The notes: generated by a model from the letters alone, not told the origin. Counted from the first letter of the stretch, positions 29,301 to 38,566 are shown. The stretch is DNA of 64,000 nt from Phormidium sp. (GCA_051013385.1 CP143273.1:1664001-1728000); one strand, 5' to 3'. Made by a program: numbers and translations.

Positions 29301-29676
29301 CAACGACGAAAAAGCCTTATCTGCGGAGAAATTTTACCAAGAATTACAATCTCTAGAAGATGAGAAATATAAGATGGTTGTCAGCCGTCAGTGGAAAGAC
29401 GAAAAAGGAGAAGCCAAAAAAGAATGGTACTTCCGCCACGACAAAATTATGGACTTCTTCCTCGTCCAAAACTTCCTCGGCGACAGTCATGAAACTGAAG
29501 CACGATTAATTGACCACATGGGCGATTCGCGATTTCGGGGTGTTTACTTCTTATTAGCAACCTTACTGCCTTTGGATGAAGCGAAAAAACTACGCGAACA
29601 GTTAATTCAGTATGCCGCTGATACGAAAGATCATACAGTTAGCGATACCTTTGTGCAGTTATTACGGACTAGATGA
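26317..29676 (+). CDS. Signal peptide + HEAT-like repeats + TM + NACHT-type NTPase protein (ORF track start 26269)
   Basis: N-terminal hydrophobic signal (…SWVNA/QE); about 11 repeats of 35 aa; TM segment(s); Walker A GDSGLGKS; Walker B ICIDGLNE; NPMDL and YFRHDKIMDFF winged-helix-type motifs. Confidence 0.85.
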   Translation: MLKISGKTRKFSAFFLFPFTLFLTLLLSLSWVNAQEAPKPKPQPWQIDGILAALEDSQDQVKRYAFEQLASYKSQDLKSVVKKPEDIARKAADILKDEKVDASVRNSAAEALGKLGQAAQPYIPDIANILKDKKVGIDARRSAAQALGNLGQAAQPYIPDILNILKDDKANINVINSSAEALGKLGQAAQPYIKDIANILKDEKADADVRGHAAAALGDLGQAAQPYIKDIANILKDDKVDASVRRSAAQALGSLGQVAQPYIKDIANILKDEKADASVRRGAVKALGDLGQAAQPYIKDIANILKDDKVDASVRRSAVEALGKLGQVAQPYVQDIADILKDKKADADFRSYAAIALWNIGQAAQPYIQDILDFLKDENVAISNRYAVAKALVRNGAAKAFFILGNAAQTYIKDILDFLKNEKPKIGSYALYDADVRGDALKALGNMGRAAQPYIQDIADFLKDDKVDADFRGDAAQALGNMGQVAQPYIPDILNFLKDENVALYRRYDAAQALSNIRKLELNEVVVVLDRVYEPNQSIVTFEQWRFLTYFLGGGTDEVKTLLKWLGNPKALPTKLKYEEGKKTLEVFRDPWKVSQGLERLQRDLADKIGIVAQQISWKPQDILLLQTHCNNLKKGKYNATDTVQSAINNLTFWQWIFNARNTILIHATFWLVLIFAYPKSAQVQAIFFWNPWVRKILGVGYVGFLLTWVPYLRRQLFEPFKPSLLADAGLDNFSSLTYFPQSKVKLPVTGEIKPVTEALPSIQGQIILEGDSGLGKSMFLRHLVKNSPRIVVYLPAQKCDKGVIEAIQEKLQGQAQDAEFLKNLIYSGAIDICIDGLNEVSAETRAKIVLFVEQYFRANIIMTTQPLEWIPPSTAKTYYLQPLETDQIKKFLISRQPRLPKDAKIPGTDYEKACTNYLNALNNQPAEDLEAAKKRLSNPMDLTLVALMLSQDKTPDLFRLQEQQYNQMAEEFLREWKYEFPLKKFSEAVYNMRLNDEKALSAEKFYQELQSLEDEKYKMVVSRQWKDEKGEAKKEWYFRHDKIMDFFLVQNFLGDSHETEARLIDHMGDSRFRGVYFLLATLLPLDEAKKLREQLIQYAADTKDHTVSDTFVQLLRTR
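26617..27860 (+). repeat. 105-bp intragenic tandem repeats encoding 35-aa HEAT-like units
   Basis: Recurring gccttggg...gggacaggcagctcaaccctatatc...gacatc...catcctcaaagatga. Confidence 0.9.
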
Positions 29677-29810
29677 AAAAATACCTCCTGAGTCTGCACA
29701 GAGCCTAGTGAACTAGAGAGTTTGTATTGCTTTTGAGCGATCGCATTAAGTTAGCCAGCGCGATCACACTCCAACTTATGCTATTAAATAGTCTCGATTA
29801 GTGAGTAAAT

Positions 29811-30104
29811 GTGTCACCTAAACCGCGCCAGACAATAGACAGCAACCCGAAGAAAACTCAATATAGGATCGATGCGCTCAGTAACCTGCCCTTGGAGCCT
29901 CTAGACTATTGCAAACGATGGGTTGAGATGTCCCCCGATGACTGGGGATACAGAAAAGCCTGCATAGCTTCTCTAGCCGAAGCAACCGGACTAAGTGAAA
30001 GAACGATCGGTAACTGGGGAGAGAACTTCCAGCGACGGCCTCAATACGTGCTGCATATCCTTTTCCTCGTTCCCCGGTTCAACCTGGGAACGAAGAAATT
30101 GTAG
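29811..30104 (+). CDS. Small HTH-like hypothetical protein, probably 3'-truncated by repeats
   Basis: GYRKACIASLAEATGLSERTIGNWG resembles an HTH. The C-terminus (LVPRFNLGTKKL) is read from a palindromic repeat. Confidence 0.6.
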   Translation: MSPKPRQTIDSNPKKTQYRIDALSNLPLEPLDYCKRWVEMSPDDWGYRKACIASLAEATGLSERTIGNWGENFQRRPQYVLHILFLVPRFNLGTKKL

Positions 30105-30279
30105 GGACACGGCATTCAAAAGATAACGCAGGAGTGGCAAATATTAATGATGCCGTGTCCCTACCGTCACCTTGCGCCCAAGACAGGGCGAAGCATTTGG
30201 GTACAAGTATTTTTGGTAGGTTGCAGAATTTATCGCCCAAATGCTGATGCCTACGGCACGCACTCGCGTTCGCCCCTAC
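30063..30279. repeat. Stack of REP-like palindromes
   Basis: CTCGTTCCCCGGTTCAACCTGGGAACGAAG; GTAGGGACACGGCA...TGCCGTGTCCCTAC (30101-30164); AGGGCGAAGCATTTGGG...CCCAAATGCT...CGCCCCTAC. Confidence 0.7.
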
Positions 30280-30324
30280 ATTAATTAATTTGTCAACAAA
30301 TAATGTGTTAATCGAGACAAGAAG

Positions 30325-30398
30325 GGCGAACGATGGGACTTGAACCCACGAATGGTGGAACCACAATCCACTGCCTTAACCACTTGGCTACGCTCGCC
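30325..30398 (-). tRNA. trnH: tRNA-His (GUG) including G-1; CCA not fully encoded
   Basis: Minus strand GGCGAGCGTAGCCAAGTGGTTAAGGCAGTGGATT-GTG-GTTCCACCATTCGTGGGTTCAAGTCCCATCGTTCGCC; cloverleaf with the G-1:C73 His identity pair. Confidence 0.96.
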
Positions 30399-30510
30399 TT
30401 GCGATTACTTATCATAGCACTCTTTTCCCAAAAGGATCAAGTCCTTGACCCAGAGATGAAAAAATTCTTTCAGTGGTAAGCTAACTCTGAACTCAAACGG
30501 ACAGAGTAAA

Positions 30511-30918
30511 TTGATGAAAACTTGGAATCTTACCCAATCTCTGGGTACTGCCATTGTAACCGGACTACTGGTGTCCTTAGCCATCAGCAATCCCAGTCAG
30601 TCGGAGTACGAGGTGTATGCTACCGAGCAACTCACCGAATACTTGCAAGAAAATGTCTGTCCCCAAGCACCGAAAATTTGGGGAAAGTCCCTCAAACGAG
30701 AATGTAAAAGATTGGTTAATTCCAATCAGTCCGAAATCAAAGAGTTCATTTCTCAAGGTACAGAAAGATATAATTTTATTCTGTTCAGTATTTACACAAC
30801 TGAGTTATCAATTACTCAAGTTTCGTCCTTCTTACCCTCTGGCTTATTACCTTCTTATCATTTTGGTACTTTAGCAGTTGGACACAAATTTTATATTTAC
30901 CAAGCAGAACAGCAATAG
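30511..30918 (+). CDS. DUF4359-like cyanobacterial protein
   Basis: N-terminal TM, NPS--EYE-YA-E-LT-YL...C...C...T-R-NF-LFSIY-T-L...F-T. Confidence 0.75.
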   Translation: MMKTWNLTQSLGTAIVTGLLVSLAISNPSQSEYEVYATEQLTEYLQENVCPQAPKIWGKSLKRECKRLVNSNQSEIKEFISQGTERYNFILFSIYTTELSITQVSSFLPSGLLPSYHFGTLAVGHKFYIYQAEQQ

Positions 30919-31020
30919 TTAATCACTAAAAAAAAACATACCATTAGTAAATTTTCTTTTCATAAGTGTTTGAAAGCTACCAACCATAAGTCAACTATGT
31001 TAAGTGTATAGTTAATAGCT

Positions 31021-32451
31021 TTGTTGATTGCTACTAGTATGTCTTACTGTCTTACACCTGGATGTTTTAGTCCTGTTAACCCGGACAATGCAAAATTTTG
31101 CCTAAGTTGTGGTTCTCGGTTGATATTAAAAGACCGATATCGCCCGATGCAACTAATTGGACAAGGTGGTTTTGGTAAAACTTTTTTAGCAATAGATGAA
31201 GGAACATCTGATAAAGTTCGTTGTGTGGTAAAACAACTTTATTTACAAAATAATAATACTTTAGTTGTTAAAAAAGCGATTCAGTTATTTCATCAGGAGG
31301 CGCAACGTTTAACAGAGTTAGGAGAACATCCGCAAATACCATCTTTATTGGCGCATTTTGAACAGCAAAAACAGCTTTATTTAGTCCAAGAGTTTATTCC
31401 CGGAAAAACTTTAGAAAAGGAGTTGCAGGAAAAAGGGGTGTTTAATGAATTTCAAATCTGGGAGTTACTGAAAGATTTGGTTCCTGTGTTAAAGTTTGTC
31501 CACGATCGCCATGTGATTCATCGAGATATTAAACCTGCAAATATTATCCGTCGTCAAACAGATGGAAAGTTATTTTTGATTGATTTCGGGGTAGCTAAGT
31601 TAATTACTGATAGTGCTTTGTTTCGTACTGGAACTGCGGTGGGTACTGCGGAATATGTTGCGCCGGAACAAATGAAGGGAAAGGCTTTACCTGCTAGCGA
31701 CCTTTATAGTTTGGGTGTTACTTGCATTTATTTATTAACTGGTGTGTCTCCTTTTGATTTATCTGATATTGCTAATAATACTTGGGTGTGGCGAGATTTT
31801 TTACCTAAAGGTAGCTCGGTGAGCGATCGCCTAACTAAAATCTTAGATAAATTAATCAAACCTGCCATTAGTCAACGTTACCAATCTGTAGGCGATGTCT
31901 TACTAGCCTTAACTACAGTACCATCAAATCCGCCAAAACTTCAACCATTACCGCCACAAAACAATAACATTTTGAGTAACATTTTGCGTCGCTACAATGC
32001 CAAACCTCACGGAGATAGATTAATCTCGGAAGTAGGGGTTGATTATACAAACTTACAGCATTTGTTAGCTGCTGGGAAATGGAAAGAAGCCGATCGCGAA
32101 ACTTGGGTCGTCTTATGTTTAGCTGTAGGGAAATCAGCTAATGCTTACCTACAGCTTAGTGACATTGAAAGACTACCTGACGAGGATTTACACACTGTCG
32201 ATCGCCTTTGGGTAAAGTATAGTCAACAACACTTCGGTTTCAGTATCCAAGCATACATTTTCTCTGCTGTTAATGATGATTATGGACGGTTTTGTGAGGC
32301 GGTTGGTTGGCCCGCACATCAAACCAATAATTCCTACTTAAAATTTAGCTTATCAGCCCCAGTGGGACATCTGCCCTCGCGCAGTTGGGTTGGGGGTTCT
32401 CAGTGGTGGCGACATGAGGCAACTATGGCATCCAAACTCAGCAAACATTAA
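31021..32451 (+). CDS. Ser/Thr protein kinase with N-terminal zinc ribbon and C-terminal GUN4 domain (start possibly ATG 31039)
   Basis: CxxxxC...CxxC; GQGGFGKT; HRDIKPAN; DFG; APE; GUN4 (DY--LQ-LL----WKEAD-ET, LW-KYS--HFGFS-Q, AP-GHLP). Confidence 0.93.
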   Translation: MLIATSMSYCLTPGCFSPVNPDNAKFCLSCGSRLILKDRYRPMQLIGQGGFGKTFLAIDEGTSDKVRCVVKQLYLQNNNTLVVKKAIQLFHQEAQRLTELGEHPQIPSLLAHFEQQKQLYLVQEFIPGKTLEKELQEKGVFNEFQIWELLKDLVPVLKFVHDRHVIHRDIKPANIIRRQTDGKLFLIDFGVAKLITDSALFRTGTAVGTAEYVAPEQMKGKALPASDLYSLGVTCIYLLTGVSPFDLSDIANNTWVWRDFLPKGSSVSDRLTKILDKLIKPAISQRYQSVGDVLLALTTVPSNPPKLQPLPPQNNNILSNILRRYNAKPHGDRLISEVGVDYTNLQHLLAAGKWKEADRETWVVLCLAVGKSANAYLQLSDIERLPDEDLHTVDRLWVKYSQQHFGFSIQAYIFSAVNDDYGRFCEAVGWPAHQTNNSYLKFSLSAPVGHLPSRSWVGGSQWWRHEATMASKLSKH

Positions 32452-32608
32452 ATTTCAGGAATTAATAGAGTGTCAATTATTCTCATCTAACTAAAAAGTA
32501 AAATTTTTATTTTTTACTTTTGGTAAGTGTGGTCGCTTCCTGACACAGATAGATGTTGCCAAATTAGTTGATTGTTCTTCCAGGCAATCCCTAGCTTAAG
32601 CAAGTCTT

Positions 32609-32635
32609 AATTATTGATAAAATTTTTCATTAATT
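32609..32635. promoter_or_regulatory. Possible Fur/PerR-type operator upstream of dps
   Basis: Imperfect inverted repeat AATTATTGATAAA-A-TTTTTCATTAATT (11/13 arm match) about 90 nt upstream of dps. AT-rich background lowers confidence. Confidence 0.4.
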
Positions 32636-32724
32636 GCTAAAAGCCTAGTTGACTATTAAAAGGAAAGTGATAGATTGTCAATAGCTGCAACCAGACTCCT
32701 TAAGTAACAGGAAAAGGGGAAAAC

Positions 32725-33279
32725 ATGACCCAAGCTTTAGGTTTGAGACAAGCCGTAGATCAGATCGCTGACAATCCAGTATTATTAGAAAAATCCGTTA
32801 CTGGGCCTGTATGTGAAGGATTAAATATTGCCTTAGCTAGCTTTCAAGCGTTGTATCTGCAATATCAGAAACATCACTTTGTAGTTGAGGGTAGCGAATT
32901 CTATTCTCTACATCAATTCTTTCAAGATAGCTATGGAGAAGTAGAAGGACATATTCATGAAATTGGTGAACGTTTGAATGGCTTAGGCGGTGTTCCTGTT
33001 GCTAGTTTCACCAAACTTGCTGAATTATGTTGCTTTACTCCCGAAGAAGATGGCATTTTTACTAGCCGATCGATGGTAGAACATGATTTACAAGCAGAAC
33101 AAGCTGTAATCAAAGTAATTAGAAGCCAAGCAGCACAAGCAGAGAGTTTAGGCGATCGCGCCACTCGTTATTTGTATGAAAAAATCTTGCTTGAGACAGA
33201 AGACAGAGCATTCCATTTAGCTCACTTCCTAGCTCATGATAGTCTGACTTTGGGTTTTGTGGCTCCTACTCATAATTAA
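32725..33279 (+). CDS. dps: Dps family DNA-binding ferritin-like protein
   Basis: [23 protein letters not shown]...[31 protein letters not shown]. Confidence 0.92.
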   Translation: MTQALGLRQAVDQIADNPVLLEKSVTGPVCEGLNIALASFQALYLQYQKHHFVVEGSEFYSLHQFFQDSYGEVEGHIHEIGERLNGLGGVPVASFTKLAELCCFTPEEDGIFTSRSMVEHDLQAEQAVIKVIRSQAAQAESLGDRATRYLYEKILLETEDRAFHLAHFLAHDSLTLGFVAPTHN

Positions 33280-33336
33280 TGGCAGAAGGAAATTAAGGTA
33301 ATACACTACGCTTTATAGCCATTTTTTAGGCATTCT

Positions 33337-33489
33337 AGATCCCCGACTTCTTGAAGAAGTCGGGGATCTGGGCATAGATACTAAAATAGGACTTACGCAC
33401 CATAAACCAAGAAACCCGGTTTTTCGTTACTACCCTGACGCTGAAATAACCTAATTAGGTTCAAAAACCGGGTTTCTGAGTAAGTCCTA
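33337..33489. mobile_element. 33-bp palindrome (33337-33369) plus 103-bp MITE-like copy 3 (33387-33489)
   Basis: AGATCCCCGACTTCTTGAAGAAGTCGGGGATCT and TAGGACTTACGCA...TGAGTAAGTCCTA. Confidence 0.8.
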
Positions 33490-33534
33490 TAAGATATAGG
33501 AATTAGTTTAAAAGTTAGGTAAAAAAGGACGATT

Positions 33535-34545
33535 ATGCAATTTATCGATCAAGTAGAAATTGAAGTAGAGGCTGGTAAAGGTGGCGATGGAATTGTAGCA
33601 TTTCGCCGGGAAAAGTATGTTCCAGCTGGTGGGCCTTCTGGTGGCAATGGGGGCAGAGGCGGTTCTTGTATTCTTGTGGCTACTTCGGACTTGCAAACTT
33701 TGCTGGATTTTAAATACAATCATCGGTTTAAGGCTGAGGATGGTTCGCGTGGGGGGCCAAATAATCGCACTGGGGCGAATGGGAGCGATCGCATTATTCC
33801 AGTTCCCTGTGGTACCGTCGTTTATGATGCTCAAACTGACGAAATTTTGGGCGATATTGTGGAAATTGGGCAAACTATTTGTATTGCCGAAGGTGGCAAA
33901 GGTGGTTTAGGAAATCAGCATTTTCTCAGTAACCGTAACCGTGCCCCGGAATATGCTTTACCAGGTTTGCCGGGAGAAGTGCGACTGCTTCGTTTGGAAT
34001 TAAAACTGTTAGCTGAAGTGGGAATTATTGGGTTGCCAAATGCGGGTAAATCTACTTTTATTTCCACAATTTCTGCTGCTAAACCCAAAATTGCTGATTA
34101 TCCTTTTACAACTTTAGTGCCGAATTTAGGTGTAGTGAAAAAACCGGATGGTGATGGCGCAGTTTTTGCAGATATTCCCGGACTTATTGAAGGTGCTCAT
34201 TTAGGTGTGGGTTTAGGGCATGATTTTTTACGTCATATTGAACGCACTCGGTTATTGCTGCATTTAATTGATGCAACAGCGGAAGATCCGATCGCCAACT
34301 ATCAAACAATTCAAGAAGAATTATTAGCTTATGGACGGGGTTTACCTGAACGTCCGCAACTTTTGGCTTTGAGTAAAATTGATGCGATCGATCCTGCCCA
34401 AACTAATTTAGAAACACTGCGTCAACAATTGCAAGAATTGAGTGGAAATCAAGTTTTTCTCATTTCCTCTGCTACCCGTTCAGGATTAGACAATTTGTTA
34501 CCACAAATTTGGCAAGTATTGGAACAAACTGAAGTCTTAGTTTAA
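33535..34545 (+). CDS. obgE: GTPase ObgE/CgtA
   Basis: [65 protein letters not shown]. Confidence 0.97.
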   Translation: MQFIDQVEIEVEAGKGGDGIVAFRREKYVPAGGPSGGNGGRGGSCILVATSDLQTLLDFKYNHRFKAEDGSRGGPNNRTGANGSDRIIPVPCGTVVYDAQTDEILGDIVEIGQTICIAEGGKGGLGNQHFLSNRNRAPEYALPGLPGEVRLLRLELKLLAEVGIIGLPNAGKSTFISTISAAKPKIADYPFTTLVPNLGVVKKPDGDGAVFADIPGLIEGAHLGVGLGHDFLRHIERTRLLLHLIDATAEDPIANYQTIQEELLAYGRGLPERPQLLALSKIDAIDPAQTNLETLRQQLQELSGNQVFLISSATRSGLDNLLPQIWQVLEQTEVLV

Positions 34546-34840
34546 GCATTTTTTTGTGGGGCTCCGGGGGCAGGGGTTCTTTTGGGCACAGGAGAGGGTT
34601 TTTCGGTTTTTCTGATTCTTTTCTTGATTAACAGTTTTTTAGGTAATTATAACCGGAATTAAATTTCAAGCTCTGAATAGAACTTTTTACCTGATAAAAA
34701 AACTACCGCAAGACATAAAGGAGAAGAAAAGTTTGGGTAATTCTGCCAAAAGGCAGAGCAGGACAGGGGAAATTTAATGGGAAAATTAAATTGATTGGAT
34801 CTGCTGATTTAGTCAAGCAATTGCCATCTGGGTTAGAAAA

Positions 34841-37800
34841 ATGGAACAAGAAGAAATCATGAATAAAACCCTTGTCGATCGAATTGCTGCACTAGAACAG
34901 CGAGTTCAACAACTAGAAGACTTGGAAAGAGAATGCCAGAAAGAAAAAAAAGCACTGCAACAACAATTAAAGGAAATTAAGGATGATGGCGATCGCTTAA
35001 AACAATTAGAGCAAGTTGAGGATCATCTTCGCCAAACTGAAGAACGTTTACACTTAGCTCTCAACTCTGCCAAGATGATCGTTTGGGACACGAACTTAAA
35101 GACAAATCAAGTGGTATGTTGTGAGAATGCTCCCCAAATTTGGGGCATTCAAACAGGTACACAGGAAGAGTTTTTTGCCTTTGTGCATCCAGACGATCGG
35201 CAAAAATTAATCCAAGCTTACGAACGGGCTTTAGCTGGTGAAATTGCATATAATCAACAATATCGCGTAATTAGTCCATCGGGAAAGGTGCGCTGGCTCG
35301 ATAGTCAAGGAACTGTATATTTGGATGCAGCGGGAGAACCAGAACGCTTAATCGGGATTTCTGTAGATATTACCGATCGCAAACAAGTAGAAGCGGAATT
35401 ACAGGAAAGAGAGCAACGCTTTACTACCTTGTTTAATGGCATGGAAGATTGGGTTTTAGTATATCAAATTACGCCCGATTATCAGCCAGGAAAGTTAATT
35501 GAAGTTAATGAGCAAGCTTGTAAGCGGTTAGGTTACAGCAGAGAAGAATTATTAAATATGTCCGTTGCTGATATTGTAGATTCGCCAATCATAATGCCAC
35601 AAGTTTATATTGAGAAACTACAAACACTTAAACATATTGTCATAGAATCTATTCATCGTACCAAAACAGGTGAATTAATTCCTGTAGAAGTTAGTGCTAC
35701 TCTATTTATTCTTAATGGTTTACCGACAATTCAAGCGATTTGTCGTGATATTACTAAACGCAAACAAGCCGCAGAAATTCTCCGCGCTAGTGAGGAACGT
35801 TTAGTATTAGCAAATCAGGTAGGGAGAATTGGCAGTTGTGAATGGGACTTTGAAACGGGAAAATTAACTTGGTCGGAGGAAATGGAAGCCTTATTTGAAT
35901 TGGCTCCTGGCAGTTTTGAAGGTAGTTATGAACATTGGTTAAAACGGGTACATCCAGACGATCGCGCTCATGCCGATGCTGCCGCCCAACGTACTGCAAC
36001 TGAAGGGGTTGATTTTGATACGGAGTTTAGGATTCTACTTCCTGATGGGAGTGTGCGTTGGGTATTAGGTAAAGCGCAAGTATTCAACGACTCTTCAGGA
36101 AAACCCTATCGTTTGATTGGTGTAAATATGGATATTACCGATCGCAAACGAGTGGAAAAAGAACTACGCACAAGTGCTCAACGCTTAAGCTTAGCGTTAT
36201 CAGCTGCCAAAATGGGCGACTGGAGTTGGGATGCAATAACAGATATGGTGACATTTTCCCCCAGAGCAGCCCAAATGTTTGGCATTCCATCGGGAACTTA
36301 CATGAGTTGGACAAAGATGCGAAATTTATTGCATCCAGAAGATGGCGATCGCGCACAATTAGCAGTAGAACAAGCTATTAGAGAAAACAGTGATTATGAT
36401 ATTGAATATCGAGTAATTCATTCTGATGGGGAACAACTTTGGGTTGCTGTCAAGGGAAGGGCACAATACAATGCTTCCGGGCAAGTTTTGGGAATGTTGG
36501 GTGTGGTACAAGATATCACCCCACGTAAACAAGTAGAAGCGGAAAGAGAAGAATTATTGTTACGAGAAAAAGCCGCTAGGGTGGAAGCGGAAACTGCTAA
36601 AGAAAACATTAGTAAGGTTTTGGAAAGTATTACTGATGGTTTTGTAGCTTTCGATCGGCAATGGCGTTTCACTTATGTTAACCATGAAGGTAGTCGTACT
36701 TTAGGAAAATCTCCCCAAGAGTTGCTTGGAAAAAATCTTTGGGAGGAGTTCCCAGAACTAGCAGAAAGTAGTTTTGGTCGTTTGTATCTTCAAGCAGTTG
36801 CCCAAGGAACACCGTTAGAAATAGAAGATTATTATCCACCTTTTAAGGCTTGGTTTTCGGTACGTGCTTATCCCTCAGATGCCGGACTTTCCCTGTATTT
36901 TCGCAACATTAGCGATCGCAAACAAGCTGAAGCTGAAATTGCTAAGTTAAACCGCCATTTACAAAACCGAATTAATGAATTGCAAACTTTGTTTGAAGTA
37001 ATTCCGATCGGCATTTTAATTAGCGAAGATTCAGAATTTAAACAGGTACGTGCTAACCCTGCCTTTGCTAAAATTCTCGGAACTGCTATTAATGGAAATG
37101 CTTCCTCTACACCACCAGCAGGTAATTCTGTGCCGAAGTACAAAATTTTTAGTAATGGCAAAGAACTCGCCCCGGATGAAACACCTTTACGTTATGCAAG
37201 TATTCATAATGTTAATTTGCAAGGAGTAGAAGTTGATATTTTGCGCCCAGACGGAGTATTGTTTAATTTATATGGTTATACTTCTCCTTTGTTGGATGAA
37301 CAAGGTAAACCTAGAGGTGCGGTAGGAGCATTTTTGGATATTAGCGATCGCAAACGAATTGAAGCCGAACGCGAACAATTATTAGCTAGTGAAAAACTTG
37401 CCCGCGAACAAGCCGAAGCTGCTAACCGTGTGAAAGATGAATTTTTAGCAGTGCTTTCCCATGAATTACGAACTCCTTTAAATCCGATTCTTGGTTGGAC
37501 AAGACTGTTACAAAGTGGAAAATTAGACCAACAAAAAACTGCTTTGGCTCTGGCAACAATTGAACGCAATACTAAGTTACAAACTCAATTAATTGAAGAT
37601 TTATTAGATATTTCCCGGATTTTACAAGGTAAATTAACCCTGCACATATATCCAGTAGATTTAGCCATGACTATTGAAGCGGCGAAGGAAACAGTACGTT
37701 TAGCCGCTGAAGCCAAATTGATTGAAATTCGCACAAATTTAAAATCAGCTATCTCTGTGATGGGTGATGCCAACCGACTGCAACAGGTAGTCTGGAATTT

Positions 37801-38524
37801 ACTAAGTAATGCGGTAAAATTTACCCCAACTGGCGGATTAATTGATGTAAAATTAGAATCAATTGGCAGTTATGCTCAAATTACGGTGAAAGATACAGGC
37901 AAAGGAATTAGTCCTGAATTTTTACCTTATGTATTTGAGTATTTCCGGCAAGCAGATAGTTCGATCACGCGCAAATTTGGGGGGTTAGGTTTAGGTTTGG
38001 CGATCGCTCGGCAAATAGTAGAACTTCACGGTGGTACAATCAAAGTAGAAAGCCCCGGAGAAGGATTAGGTGCAACTTTTACAGTGCAATTACCCTTAAT
38101 AGTAGCTAACACACCAATCACTCAAAAAAATCAGGAACTTAATGATAATTTAAACTTGCAAAATTGGCAAATTTTAATTGTGGATGATGAAGCAGATACG
38201 CGAGAATTCATTGCTTTCCTATTGCAAGAATATGGCGCGAAAATCATCACCGCAGCCTCGGCAAAAGAAGCATTAACTTTGCTAGAGGAATTAACTCCAG
38301 ATTTATTAATTAGTGATATTGGAATGCCAGAAATGGATGGTTTCAGTTTAATGCGTCAGGTGCGATCGCTAAACCTAACGAAACAAATTCCCGCCATTGC
38401 TTTAACTGCTTACGCTAGTGAAGCCGACCAAAAACAGGCAATTAATTCCGGTTTTCAATTACATATTGCTAAACCTTTGGAAATAGAGCAATTAACTCAG
38501 GCAATTGTTACTTTACTAAGTTGA
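34841..38524 (+). CDS. Multi-PAS hybrid histidine kinase with receiver domain
   Basis: Several PAS/PAC domains (VHPDD..., DITDRK), H-box LSHELRTPL, NLLSNAVKFT, DTGKGI, GGLGLGL, receiver (ILIVDDE, ISDIGMPEMDG). Confidence 0.95.
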   Translation: MEQEEIMNKTLVDRIAALEQRVQQLEDLERECQKEKKALQQQLKEIKDDGDRLKQLEQVEDHLRQTEERLHLALNSAKMIVWDTNLKTNQVVCCENAPQIWGIQTGTQEEFFAFVHPDDRQKLIQAYERALAGEIAYNQQYRVISPSGKVRWLDSQGTVYLDAAGEPERLIGISVDITDRKQVEAELQEREQRFTTLFNGMEDWVLVYQITPDYQPGKLIEVNEQACKRLGYSREELLNMSVADIVDSPIIMPQVYIEKLQTLKHIVIESIHRTKTGELIPVEVSATLFILNGLPTIQAICRDITKRKQAAEILRASEERLVLANQVGRIGSCEWDFETGKLTWSEEMEALFELAPGSFEGSYEHWLKRVHPDDRAHADAAAQRTATEGVDFDTEFRILLPDGSVRWVLGKAQVFNDSSGKPYRLIGVNMDITDRKRVEKELRTSAQRLSLALSAAKMGDWSWDAITDMVTFSPRAAQMFGIPSGTYMSWTKMRNLLHPEDGDRAQLAVEQAIRENSDYDIEYRVIHSDGEQLWVAVKGRAQYNASGQVLGMLGVVQDITPRKQVEAEREELLLREKAARVEAETAKENISKVLESITDGFVAFDRQWRFTYVNHEGSRTLGKSPQELLGKNLWEEFPELAESSFGRLYLQAVAQGTPLEIEDYYPPFKAWFSVRAYPSDAGLSLYFRNISDRKQAEAEIAKLNRHLQNRINELQTLFEVIPIGILISEDSEFKQVRANPAFAKILGTAINGNASSTPPAGNSVPKYKIFSNGKELAPDETPLRYASIHNVNLQGVEVDILRPDGVLFNLYGYTSPLLDEQGKPRGAVGAFLDISDRKRIEAEREQLLASEKLAREQAEAANRVKDEFLAVLSHELRTPLNPILGWTRLLQSGKLDQQKTALALATIERNTKLQTQLIEDLLDISRILQGKLTLHIYPVDLAMTIEAAKETVRLAAEAKLIEIRTNLKSAISVMGDANRLQQVVWNLLSNAVKFTPTGGLIDVKLESIGSYAQITVKDTGKGISPEFLPYVFEYFRQADSSITRKFGGLGLGLAIARQIVELHGGTIKVESPGEGLGATFTVQLPLIVANTPITQKNQELNDNLNLQNWQILIVDDEADTREFIAFLLQEYGAKIITAASAKEALTLLEELTPDLLISDIGMPEMDGFSLMRQVRSLNLTKQIPAIALTAYASEADQKQAINSGFQLHIAKPLEIEQLTQAIVTLLS

Positions 38525-38566
38525 TTATGATTTACAGATTTACTATATACAGCAAATTGCAAGTTT

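Larger units (their letters stand above)
25843..30319. mobile_element. Degenerate Tn7-like transposon of the type V-K CAST lineage, next to tRNA-His
   Basis: Left end TGTCGGTTAACACATTATTTGTCGTCTTAACTAATTAATGTCG with repeated TnsB-site motifs. Right end (minus strand) TGTCTCGATTAACACATTATTTGT. Internal tnsB fragment. No tnsC, tniQ, cas12k or array left. Confidence 0.8.

Noticed and set aside
30079..30366. 95-aa minus-strand ORF
   Set aside because: Overlaps tRNA-His, the transposon end and REP-like palindromes.
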